Origin: Takakia lepidozioides
Lineage: Eukaryota > Plantae > Bryophyta
Direction of reading: 5' to 3'
Assembly (NCBI GenBank): GCA_030704615.1
Contig: CM060732.1
Location: forward strand, 74,710,001-74,774,000
Length of the DNA: 64,000 nucleotides
Both the position numbers and the translations under genes were made by a program. Of this stretch, positions 1 to 13,079 are shown piece after piece. Under the pieces are notes generated by a model. The model was not told where the DNA came from. It was given only the letters and a program-made list of their open reading frames with translations, and searched no databases. The stretch's first letter is position 1; each line of letters begins with the position of its first letter.

Positions 1-2160
1 TGTTTCCACAAGCATCTACGTATCCCTCGGCCCTCCCAAATCTTCGATTACGCTCCCTGCACCCGTCACGGTAGTAGCGCCGATCACTCACCCCCCTTCT
101 TGCAGACCTTTCTTCAAAATATGATGGGCTTGCAGATGCTAACCCCGCTTCCTGCTCCAAAGCACAGCCACGCTCATCACCGCTCACTTCCCACTGCCTC
201 CCATTGGCTGCAGCTTCAGCATCCAACTTCAAGCCAGCTTCATACTCCGGAATCTCCTGCGAAGCCTTGTCAATCATCGCATTGACTGCCGCATCTAGAT
301 CCCACCCATACGCTTCCAACATCTGCTGCGAGAGCAATCCATCCCGCACCCCAGTCACATCCTGAAAGTAGGAACTCTTCTCCTCGTCAATCTCCCCCAG
401 ATGACCTGCCATCTCCCCGCTCTCTTCTCACCCCCTCATCCACTACTACTTTCTTATCTTCCCCTCTCCAACACAAAATCCCCTCTTCTTCCACCTCCCT
501 TTTCTCACAAATCTGCACCGCAATTCCTTCTCAATCTTCTCTGTTTCTCTGTCTCTCTCTGTCTCGCACAAATCGAGCTCAGAACTCAGAACTCTCGCAG
601 TCCGCCCCACAGTCTCTTCACACACTCTCTTCTCTGCAACTGCGGACGTTATATCAAGCAGCTTAATACAACGTGTCACTCATCCAGTGGGTGCACGTCT
701 CAGATCCACGTGGCAGATTTTAAGCGTCTGCTTTAGCTTGAATCGAGAAGCTTCGGACCAGAAGTCTGACGAACCAAAGACCGGGCCTAAAAGAGTGTGT
801 TTGGGAGCCACTCCGATAGCCTTGGTTATAGCTTTGGAGAGTCGCCATACCTCGGCTCCTAGTTTGGGTTTGTCTCGAACCTGATCCCAGACCTAAGAAG
901 GAGCAGGTGACATCGCATCCGAGGGAGATACATCGCGAAGGTTTGAAGAGAGAGAGTGAGGAGACGTTGAATTCGTGTTGAAAAGTCAAGATTTTTACGC
1001 GCGATTGTGACTGGGATTGTGCGCGCAGGTGGCGCTTGGGATTCGTGCATATACCCACATCTTGAAAGCGCCAGGTGGGCTCCAAATGTTGTGCTTAATC
1101 CGTGCTTGCAACGTTCTTGACCCCCCATTTTCTGAATCTTAGTACGAGAACTTTGGAATCACGAGTGACTGTTTTGGAAGTAGATTAAAGATGACAAGTG
1201 TACCGACTTTGGAGTCTAATTATTAGTGTCAGAGTGCTGGGATCTCTCTACCTGCAGCCTTGTTTTGTGGGAGTGACAGCAATTGCCTGCTTCGTTTTAG
1301 CTTGCCGGATTGGATGGGGTGATGTCGCCGGTATTCGGCTTTCGGAAGATGTGGAGTTGAAGGAATTCTGAATTCGAAGAAACTTTCTTCTTCATGGGGA
1401 CATTGTATACGTAGTCGACGGCAGGCTAGCAAGCAATCTCAGCGATGGGAGTTGCGAATCCCTGGTGGGTTGGTTGGTCTGCTTGATCGTTTGGACACCA
1501 TGTGTTCCATGGTCGCTGACTCATTTGTCAGTGCACCCAGAATGTACTGACACGCGCTCTGTGGAGTTTTGTAAATAAGTCTCGGGACGTTTTTCTTATT
1601 GCCTTCTGCTGCAGCTTGTTTATGCAGGGAGTGCATGGGGGGCGGATCTTCTTTGATGAGGAAATCACTTTCCTGCCTTTGTTAATGTTCAGGCTCAAGC
1701 CGTTTGCCTCAACAACCTACAACGTACATTACCTCGGGGGGTGTTGATCATATCTCTCGATGAGGGAGAGGTTCGCTTTCAACAAACTGCACTGAATGAC
1801 TCAAATGGAATTGGGAGTGAAACGTTCGACAAGGAGAAATTCCTAGAGCAGTGGACGAACTAGCCAGTGAGTGATCCAAGAGGTCGAGAAATCGACTGGA
1901 CAGAGTGACAGGCAAAAAATATTTAGTTGTTGAACAAGGTTCTGGGGCTTTGTTGATTAAGTAGGAGAGTCTCAGGAAGGGGAAGTGGAAACCAATAGCT
2001 GCCAGTAACCCAGCGACCTTGGAGGCGATGCCAACAGTAACGAGTAGAAAACGAGGAAGGCAAACGAAAGCGAGTTAGGCAGTTCTTGTACTCAACAAGA
2101 CAGACACACAGACCCGGTGCCTCTCTAAGTGCAGTAGGGGATAGAGTGGTGCAGGTAGCT

Positions 2161-5100
2161 ATGCAGGTGGTAGGAGCGGCCAGGAAGGCCGTCCCCACCC
2201 CTTCCACCACACCATCTGCACCAAACGGAGCAGGTGCCGCCAGCAGTGGCAGTGCTGCTGACCTGCCCATGACACGCGAACAAATACAGCGGGATCGGTA
2301 CTTGAAGACCATAAAAAATCGAAAGTGTTCTGCTTGTGGCAACAATGCACGAACCCGGTAACTCTTGACACACTTGGACATGGTTGGACTGTTGAATGTC
2401 AAGAGTTAGCATTTGGCTACGTTGGGTGTATCACCCTGAGTCCCAGGGCAGGAGCATGGGAAGCATGTTAGTTTTGCGGTCTTGCGCAGGTGTTGCAAGG
2501 CAGGAGAGATGTTATGTTACTATAGGTGGAACTAGTGCAAGCTCTGACAGAGCTGAACATTTTTAAATGCATTCTGAGCAGTGGGTGGCAGAATTTCAAT
2601 GTCGTAGCAAGAGTATGAGTACTGGGACACTTGCTCTGAGAGCTGGGACCCGTTGGCTCCTGGCTGGTGGTGGGGTCACAAATGAAGCATGCGATATGCA
2701 GAAATGTCAGTTGTGAAAACATTCCCCTAAACTCAATTTCTTTGTTTCATGTTGTGGGTGCAGGTGCCCTTTTCAGGCCTGCCAAACTTGCTGCATGAGG
2801 GCCAGGAACCCCTGTCCTGTCCATGGTATGTCAAATATGCAATCAGTTTCTTCCACACATTCTTCTTCATTTGGATGGATATACTTGCTTCTCTGTCTAA
2901 AGGGAGCCCTAGTCACAAGTGTGTATGAATCCTATAAATGACAAAGATGTCAATTTTCTGCTGCACCTTGAAACCATTCACTTGTGAAGCCCAGATATCT
3001 CCCCCCCAGTTCTAGCATTCCAATTTCTGGTAGAAAGCACATTACTTTAGTACCAGTGTGATGTAAGTATTCACCTGACTTAAACCCCAGGAAGTCCAGA
3101 CACAAATCTTGCAAACCGAGCAGAAAGAAAATGCAGCGACAGTCACAGTACCAATGAGAGTGAGTATTCACCCAAGACTTATGCCTCAGGAGGGTCAGAG
3201 CTTTTGGGACAGTCTCAAATGCAAACCAAGCAGAAAGAAAATGCATAGACAGTCAGTCCTTCTCATGCTTTTGAATGGGGATTTTGTTGAATTCCCATTG
3301 CATCATGGAATTCATGCTAACCTCACCATAATACCCACAGGTCAGAAACACTGGTTTGTTTTACTGTACAGAGATAGGCTGCCCACTCTCCGTTTGGACT
3401 TTGGTCTGGTGCCCCAGCCTTTCCTTGAGGCCACTTGTTCAGCCCAGGCTCACCTTTTAGCCTGTGGTCTGCTGACAGTTGGTCTTGCTTCCAATTGATA
3501 GAGTGGAGGATTTGCAGGTATCTCATCTCAAACCAACTGTACCACCATCTCATTTGAAATTGGTTTCTGAATGAAAGTGGGCAGTGCAAGTCTAGAGATC
3601 CATGTAGCAGTCTCAAGGCACCAAGTTGTACGACTTGGAGGCTTCCAGCTTAGGCTTAGATATTTCCCTTGGAGACCTGTATTGAATCGTTGTTCTATGG
3701 GCCTGAACTACATAGGTTTTTTAACTGTTGAGTTGTAGAAAATATTATATTTGGTGACTGTGAAATCTTAACAACCTTGATCATTTGCCGGTTGGATTCT
3801 ATGGCATTGAAACATCTGTGAAAACATCTAGACTAGTGTCTTTTTCTTCCCATTTGACAAGCTATGAAATGTGGCTACCAGCTGCATTTTTGGGGAATTC
3901 AAGTCCTCAAGAGGTCCAAGAGGTCCGGAATGTCTTCTCTCCCCACCACCACTGTTGTCACCGTCAACTGACCTTCGTTCTTTAAAACCACCTTTGTGCT
4001 CTTGCTCATATTGGCGTCAAGTTTTGAAATATCAATGTACCTCCTGACAGTGTTGATCAACCTCCTCTAGGCTTTCAGGGTTTATTCTAGAGCCTACCAC
4101 ACTGACTGAGACCACTAGACTTATCCATAAACAAGGATCGGAACGCTCGTAGGAACACCTCCAGGGAGAGAATGAAAGAGGTACTCGTTAGTTTATGTTT
4201 GCAGTAGCTTAAGTCGATAGAAGCTGTCTAGCTTTGGAAAGTGGAATGGAGAGGAGATGGTGGACAGGAGAGCAGAAGTTGGGTCCCCAAGTGGCCATAC
4301 ATCCTGTGGGCTACATCCTGCTCTGGTTTCATGGCAATCCTAGTATGGAGCTTATAGCTCTTTCTCAGCCAAACGTGTCATATGTATGAGATCGAACCTT
4401 ACTGTACTTGGTCAACTGTAGCTGATTAATTTGTGTTAGGGCTATTCTGACATATGGGAAATGGGATGAATGCAATGCCATGCAGTGTACAAGCCAAACA
4501 AACAAATGACTGGTGCACCCACCTTGAATCCGCGTGATCAAAATTGGTCAGCCACTGTGAGCAGCATGTAAGTCTCTGGTGTACTTCTGCAGCATGGCCC
4601 TTTGTTTACCATTTTGTTGTCCCCAGCTATGCTGTCTTGAGCAACTTAGAGGAAATCAAATATGGGATGACGTTATGACTAAATCAATGCAAGACAGAGG
4701 TGATGCACTCATTGGCTATACCCCGTGGATGTGGGCTACCATCTAAATATCTTTTGAGAGCCAGTTGTGAGGTTAGAACCCACTAGTTAAGAGACTCAAG
4801 GCTAAAATTGTCATCCAGCTCAAGAACAGGCAGTGGTAATCTGAGGTTACCGCTGTCATGTCGACAGGATATGAGTGATTCATACAAAATCAGGTCCAGA
4901 ATATTAGTGACATCATCTGTCTAAAACAGGCCCCATCATACTATCTCCTTTAGAAGAATCAGCCAGCCTATTGAAAGTATACCTTTCATGCATTTTCCAA
5001 TCTCTAACCAACCTCCTTTGCAAGGTTGGGAGAAGAAAGTCATTAGACTGCAGCCACTCCTAGCTATCAAAGCGAAGGTGGAGCCTCACTTCTCCCATCC

Positions 5101-7516
5101 CATGGTTGGTGGTTAATGAGGAATAGCACGCTTTAAGACATGTTTCATCCTTTTGCATATAGGCATGTGTGAAGTGTGCTGGATTTGCCATATGATTTGA
5201 TTCTGGATTGCTTTACTTTGTCTGATTGTTGCAGGCCTGCCTCAATGGGCTCTCCCTATATGAGACCCCCCTACGTTCCTGCATCAGCTTATCATAGCTC
5301 GCCTGGAATAACTGGCATGCGACCTCATGTTGGATATGCAACCTCAACTACACAGTCTGGTCATCATCCTCATGCAGGAGCGTCACCAAGTGCACGGCCA
5401 TGGAGAGCTGTGGGTGCCACTCTCGAACAGCAGGAGTTGTACAGGTTGAAAGCTCTTAAGCTCGCTACGCAAGCTGCTCACCGGGTATGTGAAGGAGTAG
5501 AAGAGGCCTTCTCTTTCCCCATATCAACTTGTAATTGGAATGTTGGGTAGTAATATCATTCTTTGTCTAGCTAGTTACGATACTTGTGTATGAGGGAGAA
5601 AAAACGTTCTGTCTTAAATCTGAATGTCTTTGCAACAGGAAGCAGCCATGATTAATTTATGGAGATTCCAGAAATTGCGAGAGCATCTGGATGGTGAGAT
5701 TGTCATCGAAGATGAAGCATTTGATCGTTACATGCACAACATGTTGTTGCTGGAGGAAGTCTTTCTGGTTAACAGGGATGCACCAGAGGAGGATTCCTCA
5801 GATGGTGAGCTAATTGTCGAAGAGGGTGTGACTCACATTGGATCCAAGGATATGGTTTGTCCGGATTCCTTCATGCTCCCAGATGGCACTCAACTGCAAT
5901 GGTGGATGAATGGGGATAGGAAAGAGGCTAGCCAGCAGCGAAGGAAACGGACAGTTGAGAGGCGGTTACAGATGCTAAGTAGGGGGGAGCAAGAGACGGA
6001 GGATGTTCAGGAGTATGAAGACATGATCCAGGTAGTTGTTCTCGTTATGCACCTCTGTTGGAAATAACTCCTTCCATTTGAAAGTCATGTAGGTTTAATG
6101 TAGGTGTTTGTTGTTGGAGTTTTGTTACGTAAGGGTGAAGGAGGCCACAGTTTAGATTCACGTGACTTTTCTGAACTCCTGCAACCTGGAGCATCCTTAA
6201 AACTGATGCTCAAAGAAGACATTCATAGGCTGAGTTGTGCCAAGCAGGAGCAGAGGGTGGCATTCTCCAAGTGTTCCCGCACTTGAACCAGCCTGTTGCT
6301 TTATCTTAGATTTGACCTGCCACCTAATTGGAGATTGCTTATATTTTGAGACTGCAAATCGTTAAATTTGTCATTGTCAAAGTATTAGAACATTCAAATT
6401 GCTAAGTTAACACATTGTCATGATGGCCTGCTCATGTACTCAGTGATTGAGTCCCTAAGATGCAAAGCTGCATTACTTTGTTCGTTTTTTCCAACCCTCA
6501 TCTTTCTTCTTTCTTATATTCACCAGTTCATTTGTACAACTGTGATTCAGGTAGTAGCACCTGAAGCTCAACGAGACTTGAAGCGTTTCAAGCCACAAAC
6601 AAAGGAGGGAAAGGAATGTTTAGAGCGTATTGGCATGTTCCAAGCTCTTCTCCAGAAGACCAATCAGATTCAGGTTATGGCAGATGTTGATTCGTGTGTG
6701 GAGATGTATAGGCAGAGGTTTGGGCCTGGACTAGATACTCTCTTGTCTCCCTTGTCAGGGATTGTTGAGTGTGTGGGTGCTGAGGTTGGGAAAGAACATG
6801 ATGTTGGCAGAGTTGTAGTGAGCACCTCGGGCTCAGAGTTTAAGGAAGAAGAGGCCAAGAATCCCTTGCTTCCAGTAGACCATCAAGCCGCACTAGATAC
6901 ACCATTCCCTGATAAGGAAGATGGGGTTTTAACAAGTCAAGTGAGTGAGAGTGAAACAGTTGGATTCAAGGTACATGACCTTGAGGCTGCAATAGAGGGC
7001 AAGAGGTTGACTCGAGAAGATACATCAGTTGAGCTCCAGGTACAGGACCTTGAGGCTGCAAATGAGGGCGAGAGGTCGACAGGAGGAGATACATCAGTTG
7101 GGCTCCAGTTACAGAACCTTGAGGCTGCAAATGAGGGCGAGAGGTCGACAGGAGGAGATACATCAGTTGGGTTCCAGGTACAGGACCTTGAGGCTGAAAA
7201 TGAGGGCGAGAGGTTGATAGGAGAAGAGTCCTCATGTGGACTCGAGTTACAGAGGCAAGAGGCTGACCATCAAACAATTGTCAGTAAGAAAAGTGATCAG
7301 GTTTCCTCAGGTGAAGGAAGTGGTGGTTTGTCCAAGTCCGAAAAAATCACAACCACTGAAAGTAAACAACAACACGCCGGAAAGCGGCACTGGTCACAAT
7401 CACAGCAAGGTGCTCTTGTAGCTTGTGGTTGGTGGAAGGTAGACCTGGATGAGAACAGTGCTCAGGCTGTCTGCCAGTCCTTTCTGAAATCAACTGAATC
7501 AGTAGAAGTGTTATGA
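2161..7516 (+). CDS. Multi-exon gene, plant Cys/His zinc-finger protein (At1g32730-like; finger resembles the SHI/STY RING-like motif)
   Basis: Phase-consistent GT-AG exons 2161?-2357, 2764-2825, 4486-4567, 5235-5484, 5639-6031, 6551-7516 give KCSACGNNARTR-CPFQACQTCCMRARNPCPVH ... EAAMINLWRFQKLREHLDGEIVIEDEAFDRYMHNMLLLEEVF. Start codon uncertain (2161 or 2269). Confidence 0.75.
6959..7250 (+). repeat. Coding tandem repeat, about 4 copies of 69 bp (23 aa)
   Basis: VGFKVHDLEAAIEGKRLTREDTS / VELQVQDLEAANEGERSTGGDTS / VGLQLQNLEAANEGERSTGGDTS / VGFQVQDLEAENEGERLIGEESS in the last exon. Confidence 0.9.
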
Positions 7517-9235
7517 CTCCGAATATTTTTTCTACTAGGCCGGACTTCCTTTCCTCAATATCTTTCAGGGTAGCTTCAAAATTGGCTGATGAGTTTTAGT
7601 TTGTACTTATGTGTAGATCTAATCTTGTCTTCCTCTCACAAATCGGCAATCACTGATCCCTGGTTCCCATAATCCCTACTTCATCTTCATACGCAGGATG
7701 TTTTGTGACCCAAACAGAGACCAGTACATTCACCAGCCCACTCTAGGTTACAGTGAAGTTCGAACTCTTACTACTGCGGCTGAAAGTATTGTTGACTGAT
7801 GTCTACAAAACCGTGAACTGGTTTCCTGTCATACAGGGAACTTGAGAAACAGTATGAGAGAGTTACATCAAAGGAAAAGAAAATTACCAAACAGAGAAGG
7901 TTAGACATGCTTCTTTAACCTAGAGTTGGAGCTTCAATGCCTAACAGGTGATATAAAATCAGTGAGTCTCCACAATCTCTCCATGAGGTGTGCTATTGAG
8001 CTTCTTTTTGCTAAATAGTTATTTGTTTATTTTCTTAAAAGGGATTCAGTTCAATGTTCTATCCCCTTTTTTTCTGGAAGCAAAATTTAAAAATTAAGGG
8101 AATAATAAATGGGAAAAGCAAGGCAAAAATGAGCCTCAATTCCCATTTAGCAGTCTTTCTTTCATGTCTACCTACTGTCATACCAGTTTGAAGAGAGGAA
8201 GACAATTACTGACACAAGCTAATTGTCTCACTTCACCCCAAAGGGCTATTTGGAATGTGGACACCATCTGTCTGTCTGTCTAATGACTGTACGACAATGC
8301 GGTTGCCCAACCCTCGGCCCAAAGACTCGAAAGTCCTTAGGTATCCACACATGAAGTGACATTCCTCAAAAGGATGGGATGTATATGATAACTCCAGAGA
8401 TCTGTAGATACTGGAACTGAATCCGCAGCCAAATATTTAGGAAGTTGTAGTGATCCTGATGAAGTCCAGATCCGGATTACAAATCACTTCACTCCAGAGC
8501 AATGTGGTCTTCCAATTTGATGGTAAGGAAAATATTGTCATCTTTCAGCAATATTGTCATCTCTCACAAGCAACTAAGCAACTGGGAAAATAGGACACAG
8601 GACAAGGAACTAGATGCCGCAAGCTTGTTTCCCACTTGCAGGCATTCCAGCCACAACTCTAGGCTCATCATTGTCTTTATTCCCCATTTGTTCTCGAGAC
8701 AGCTTTCCTCAAGGCACAAAAATCGGACCATATTCAATCACTATGTTTGTTCTCAACATGGGACCTTTTACTAGCTGTGGGTTCATAGGCCTGAACAGCA
8801 ACAACCTCTCATGTCTTTAAGGATCAGATGTATCCCATCTTGGCCAAGCACCGGACCTAGTTACAATGCTTTTAAGAACATGAAGAAGGTTGTAAGGTTG
8901 TTTTATCCTATCTTCAGTGCCTTGATAAAATCTACTTGCAAATTATATCACAAAGAGCACACTCGAGTTCTTGGTGCTTCAACTCCACAGCAATGCTCCA
9001 TTGCTAATGTCTAGAGGAAATAACTCTGTTCCTTGGCATGAAATATTTCAACAACAGGACCGAGACACTTCATTTGATGTTCACTTCAAGGCCAGTAGTG
9101 CTCCACTCCCAAGAGAAACTTCATGCAAAAATGCAAGGGTTAAGGTCTGTTGTCCTCCTTGACCTGGAATGTGATGGACTTATGTAGTTCAGTGGCTCTC
9201 CCGACCAGGACATAAGCCTCCAGAAGTGACCTCAA

Positions 9236-12200
9236 TCAACAGTTTAGAGGCTGCTTCATGTTGCCAAGGCACACATACTTGAGCTGCATGCCATAGACCA
9301 AGCAGGAAAGAGGGGCCCCACAATTAGCTTTCCCTTGTTCATTCAACATCACGAGCAATATGCATGAGAACAAAGTACCATGACATGCTTGAGAACAACC
9401 CAAAACCCTCAGAACCCTGAACCCTAGTCAATTCATAACTTTCAGTACTAAAATCACTGAGAAAAGTAGCCAGTCAAAGAAAAGCACCTCTAGGTATTCA
9501 TCAAGGCCGTACTTGGAACCCTCACGGCCCAGTCCAGACTGCTTCATTCCTCCAAATGGGGCCACCTACACAATCTCAACCCAAAGGAAGTATCAGAAAA
9601 TGACAGCTGTGCTTGGGGCAAGCACTCAAAGGGCCTAATATCGCATCTAGCTGTCTTTCCCTGCTTTGGATTTTTTAATGTGGTGAGGGAGCCGGACTCT
9701 CAATAGGCCATATGTATTGATGGTCCCCTATTAAGAGAAAGTCAGAGTGGTGCTTACTAGAAGACCACCAAAAGCCTGTGCGGCTAGTTACCTCAGTTGA
9801 GATTAGGCCCTCGTTCAAACCAACCATGCCATACTCTAAAGCCTCAGCAACCTGCCAACCTCGAGAAATATTTTCTGTGAAAGCGTATGCTGCCAGGCCT
9901 GCCCGCCAGAAGGTACCATGTCAGTCTGTGCCTTGTCATCAGTCCCCTCCTGCCAGGTTGACTCACTTTAAACTCAACCTCTCTGCCTGTTCAATTATAT
10001 ATCAATGGGAAAGCCTACTAACCTGTGAAATCCAAGGGACCAGTATAAAACATAAAGGAAAGCCACATGAAGGAAACCAAAAAGAATGCTGTCTCATCAA
10101 AAGAACTCCCAGCATTGCTCAGGTACAGAGAGTACTGTAGACCTTCAGGGTTGCAAGGTTTCTTATAAGAGTGAAAAACAAATCAACTGTATCCTGTATA
10201 AGAGTGACCAGCCGTTATAACTCCCCAGATGTACTGAGTTTTTGGTTATGGGAAGACTCAGCCAACACATAAAAACTGAGTATACCCATCAATTAGAGGG
10301 TTGGGGATAGAGAAGCAGCAATATACCAAACTCGGTGTCATTGGCCAGCTTGATTGCCTCTTCATCTGTTTTGAAGCGCACAAGAGGTGCTACTGGACCA
10401 AATACCTCCTCCCTTGAACATCCAAACCAACCTCCACACCGTAAAACACCCATGCAAATCTTAAAGATAGTAGTTAAGATAGACCGACAACATTCCTTTA
10501 CACCAACTTGAGCCCAATAACCTCCAACTCTTAAGTGGAACAAAGTACTATGCTTTGTTTGGTTCATCTTCCACCTTACTAACTGCCCAAGACCAAGCAG
10601 AGAAATCCCCACACGATATCCATCTAATGATGTCTAACTGCCTTAGCCATAGAAGTATACCTGAATATTAACATCTGGTCAGTTGAATCACCCAGAACTG
10701 TGGGTTCATAGAAGGTACGCCCAAGACTATGACGTTTGCCTCCTGTTAACAACTTTGCCCCCTGCAAAATTTCATATTTGGCATTGGGCACAGTAAGCCC
10801 CGGTTTATTCTTTGGTAATCGACCAAGTATGCCAATATGCAATCTCAAAGGAACTGCAGCAGGCCATCATCATCCCTTGTTCACCCAGTCCGGCTATATC
10901 TCAACACACATTAAGATACTCACCAATTTGCTCAGACTGACATGACGTGGTGCACACATGTCAGCATAATGTCAGACGTCACCTCACGTCCAAAAACGAC
11001 TTTACTAAACTCAAGTAAGCCACACTCAGAACACTGGTTGCAGTCAAATGAAAAATTCAGTAAAATGTAAATACATTGGGACAGAAACAAACAGGATGGA
11101 CCTAGGGAGAGATCTGAGTGCGAGAGGGAAAATCTGCTGGTCCCAGCCTCCAGGGCTATCTTAGGGATACCGGAGCGTGGAAGGTGGTTAGAAAGACCAC
11201 CCCTGATTAGATGTGTTTCTCTTATTGTTTACCTGTCTAGATCTGCACTCCTTGGTTTACCAAGTTTGTAATTGAAGTGATTCATAAATTCAAGTCTGTT
11301 ATGGGTGTTGCCCAATTTCTTTGTAAAGAATGTACTCATAAGACTTTGTTTGCCCTATTCTTTGTAACGGGAGAGACAGTGACAAATAGGAAAGACTACA
11401 TGTCCACAGAAAGATGAGAGGGAGGGAGAGCGAGATCTAAGTCTTGCCCCTTTCAAAACATTAAAAAAGAGAAAAATAAAAAATAATTACGGAAAAACCA
11501 CCAACTCTCCATACATAGCACCATGCATTTCTTGTCAGTGGAGATGCATGGTCATTTTGTGTCCACTTTCTATCAGGACAAGAAACAGTAACAGAGAGTT
11601 AATTCCATGTACCTTCGCAAGAGCATCTTGCACATGATTTTCCACCTGCACAATGTAGCAACAATCCTTAGCAATGAGGGTACGCATACTTGTTGACAGA
11701 TAAGCACACAAAAAACACTGTCAGTACCGCTTGCTGCATTACTTGTTGGACACAGTGGGACAAACCTGTCCCATCCAAACTTTGATGATAGTCCAGCAGC
11801 TCAGAAGTGAACATGCAACCATGAACCAAATCCTCAATACAACAACAACCACTGAACTAAGGAAATAAGAATAGAATACTAAAGCTCAAAAGCCTTCAGC
11901 ATACTTCATACTACGTCCTCCAAGCTTTATATGATTAAGCGAAAACCAAATAAAATGCACCTTTTTCACTGCTGCGTCGTTGATCAATGGACCCTAGCCA
12001 CAGAGCAACAAATATGATGTTAACAAACTGCCATAATTAACCATCCAAGTTTCTGTTCTGCACTTCAAGCTGCACTTGCACCAGAACAAATGATGGGGCA
12101 GGGAGTAACCTGTGTTACACCTTCCTCTAACCCGTTTCCCACTCGTAGCTGCAAAACCGCTTTTGAAAAGGCCTCTGAAAACTTGTCATAGATGCCTGTT

Positions 12201-13041
12201 TTCCCACCCCACCAAGCCCTTAGCATAAGCTTGCTGTAGTTTTGTGGCCATAGATCTTGTGCCTGATTTTGACAAAGATCACAGAGCATGTACTCACAAG
12301 ATGTTGCAAAGATGAAAGAAAAAGACAAGGACAAATTTAACAGAGTAAATCAAACAGTGCAACTACACTGTAGAGAATGTACTTATAAGACATTGTTTAT
12401 CGTAGCCTTGTGGCCATAGACCCCACCCACTTTGGATCGAACAAGAGGGAACAGATACTACCTTTGTGAGCGGCTCACTCCAGTAGTGGGACTTACCTTG
12501 ATCTAAACAATTAGGTTGGGCTTTCCAGATTTCCTCTACAAATTCCTGACACAAGTTGAATCTGCTGTATGTGAGCCCAGCAATTAGACCCCAACAGGGC
12601 CAGGGCTTCAGGCTCAGACTCGAGATTTTGAAAGTCGGTGAACAGAGGTGCAGGGACTATGTTTTTGATCGTCCTGAAGAGGGTTGCTCTCTGATGAGAT
12701 ATTCTGGTTGTATCTGAAAATGGATATTGTCTTCAGACCGCCTGCACATTGGGCATTGACAATCTCCTTTTCCTCTCTGCATCTGTTTCTTGTTCAAAGG
12801 TAGGACTCCCTGCCGAGGATAGGTCAGCCATTCAGGTCGGCCCTTCAGGTTAAGGTCTGACCGCTGTCTCTCTGCCAGCGTTCTCTAGAACAACTAACGT
12901 GGCTGTTTGGGGTGAATTTGGCATACCGCCCTTTAAGATCTCGGCATGATGAGCTCAAGGTCGGATAGTGGGGTCAGTAGAATTGCATGCCCAGTACCAG
13001 ATACCCTAGGATAATTGACTCTGTTTCTTGGAAGTACACAG

Positions 13042-13079
<38 letters not shown>

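Noticed and set aside
1-1750. Possible retrotransposon end or gene fragment with a CT-rich tract
   Set aside because: No recognisable protein motif, PBS or paired LTR inside the window; it may be TE-derived but cannot be supported.
8330-9170. Overlapping short ORFs between the zinc-finger gene and SSADH
   Set aside because: No recognisable domain on either strand; many stops.
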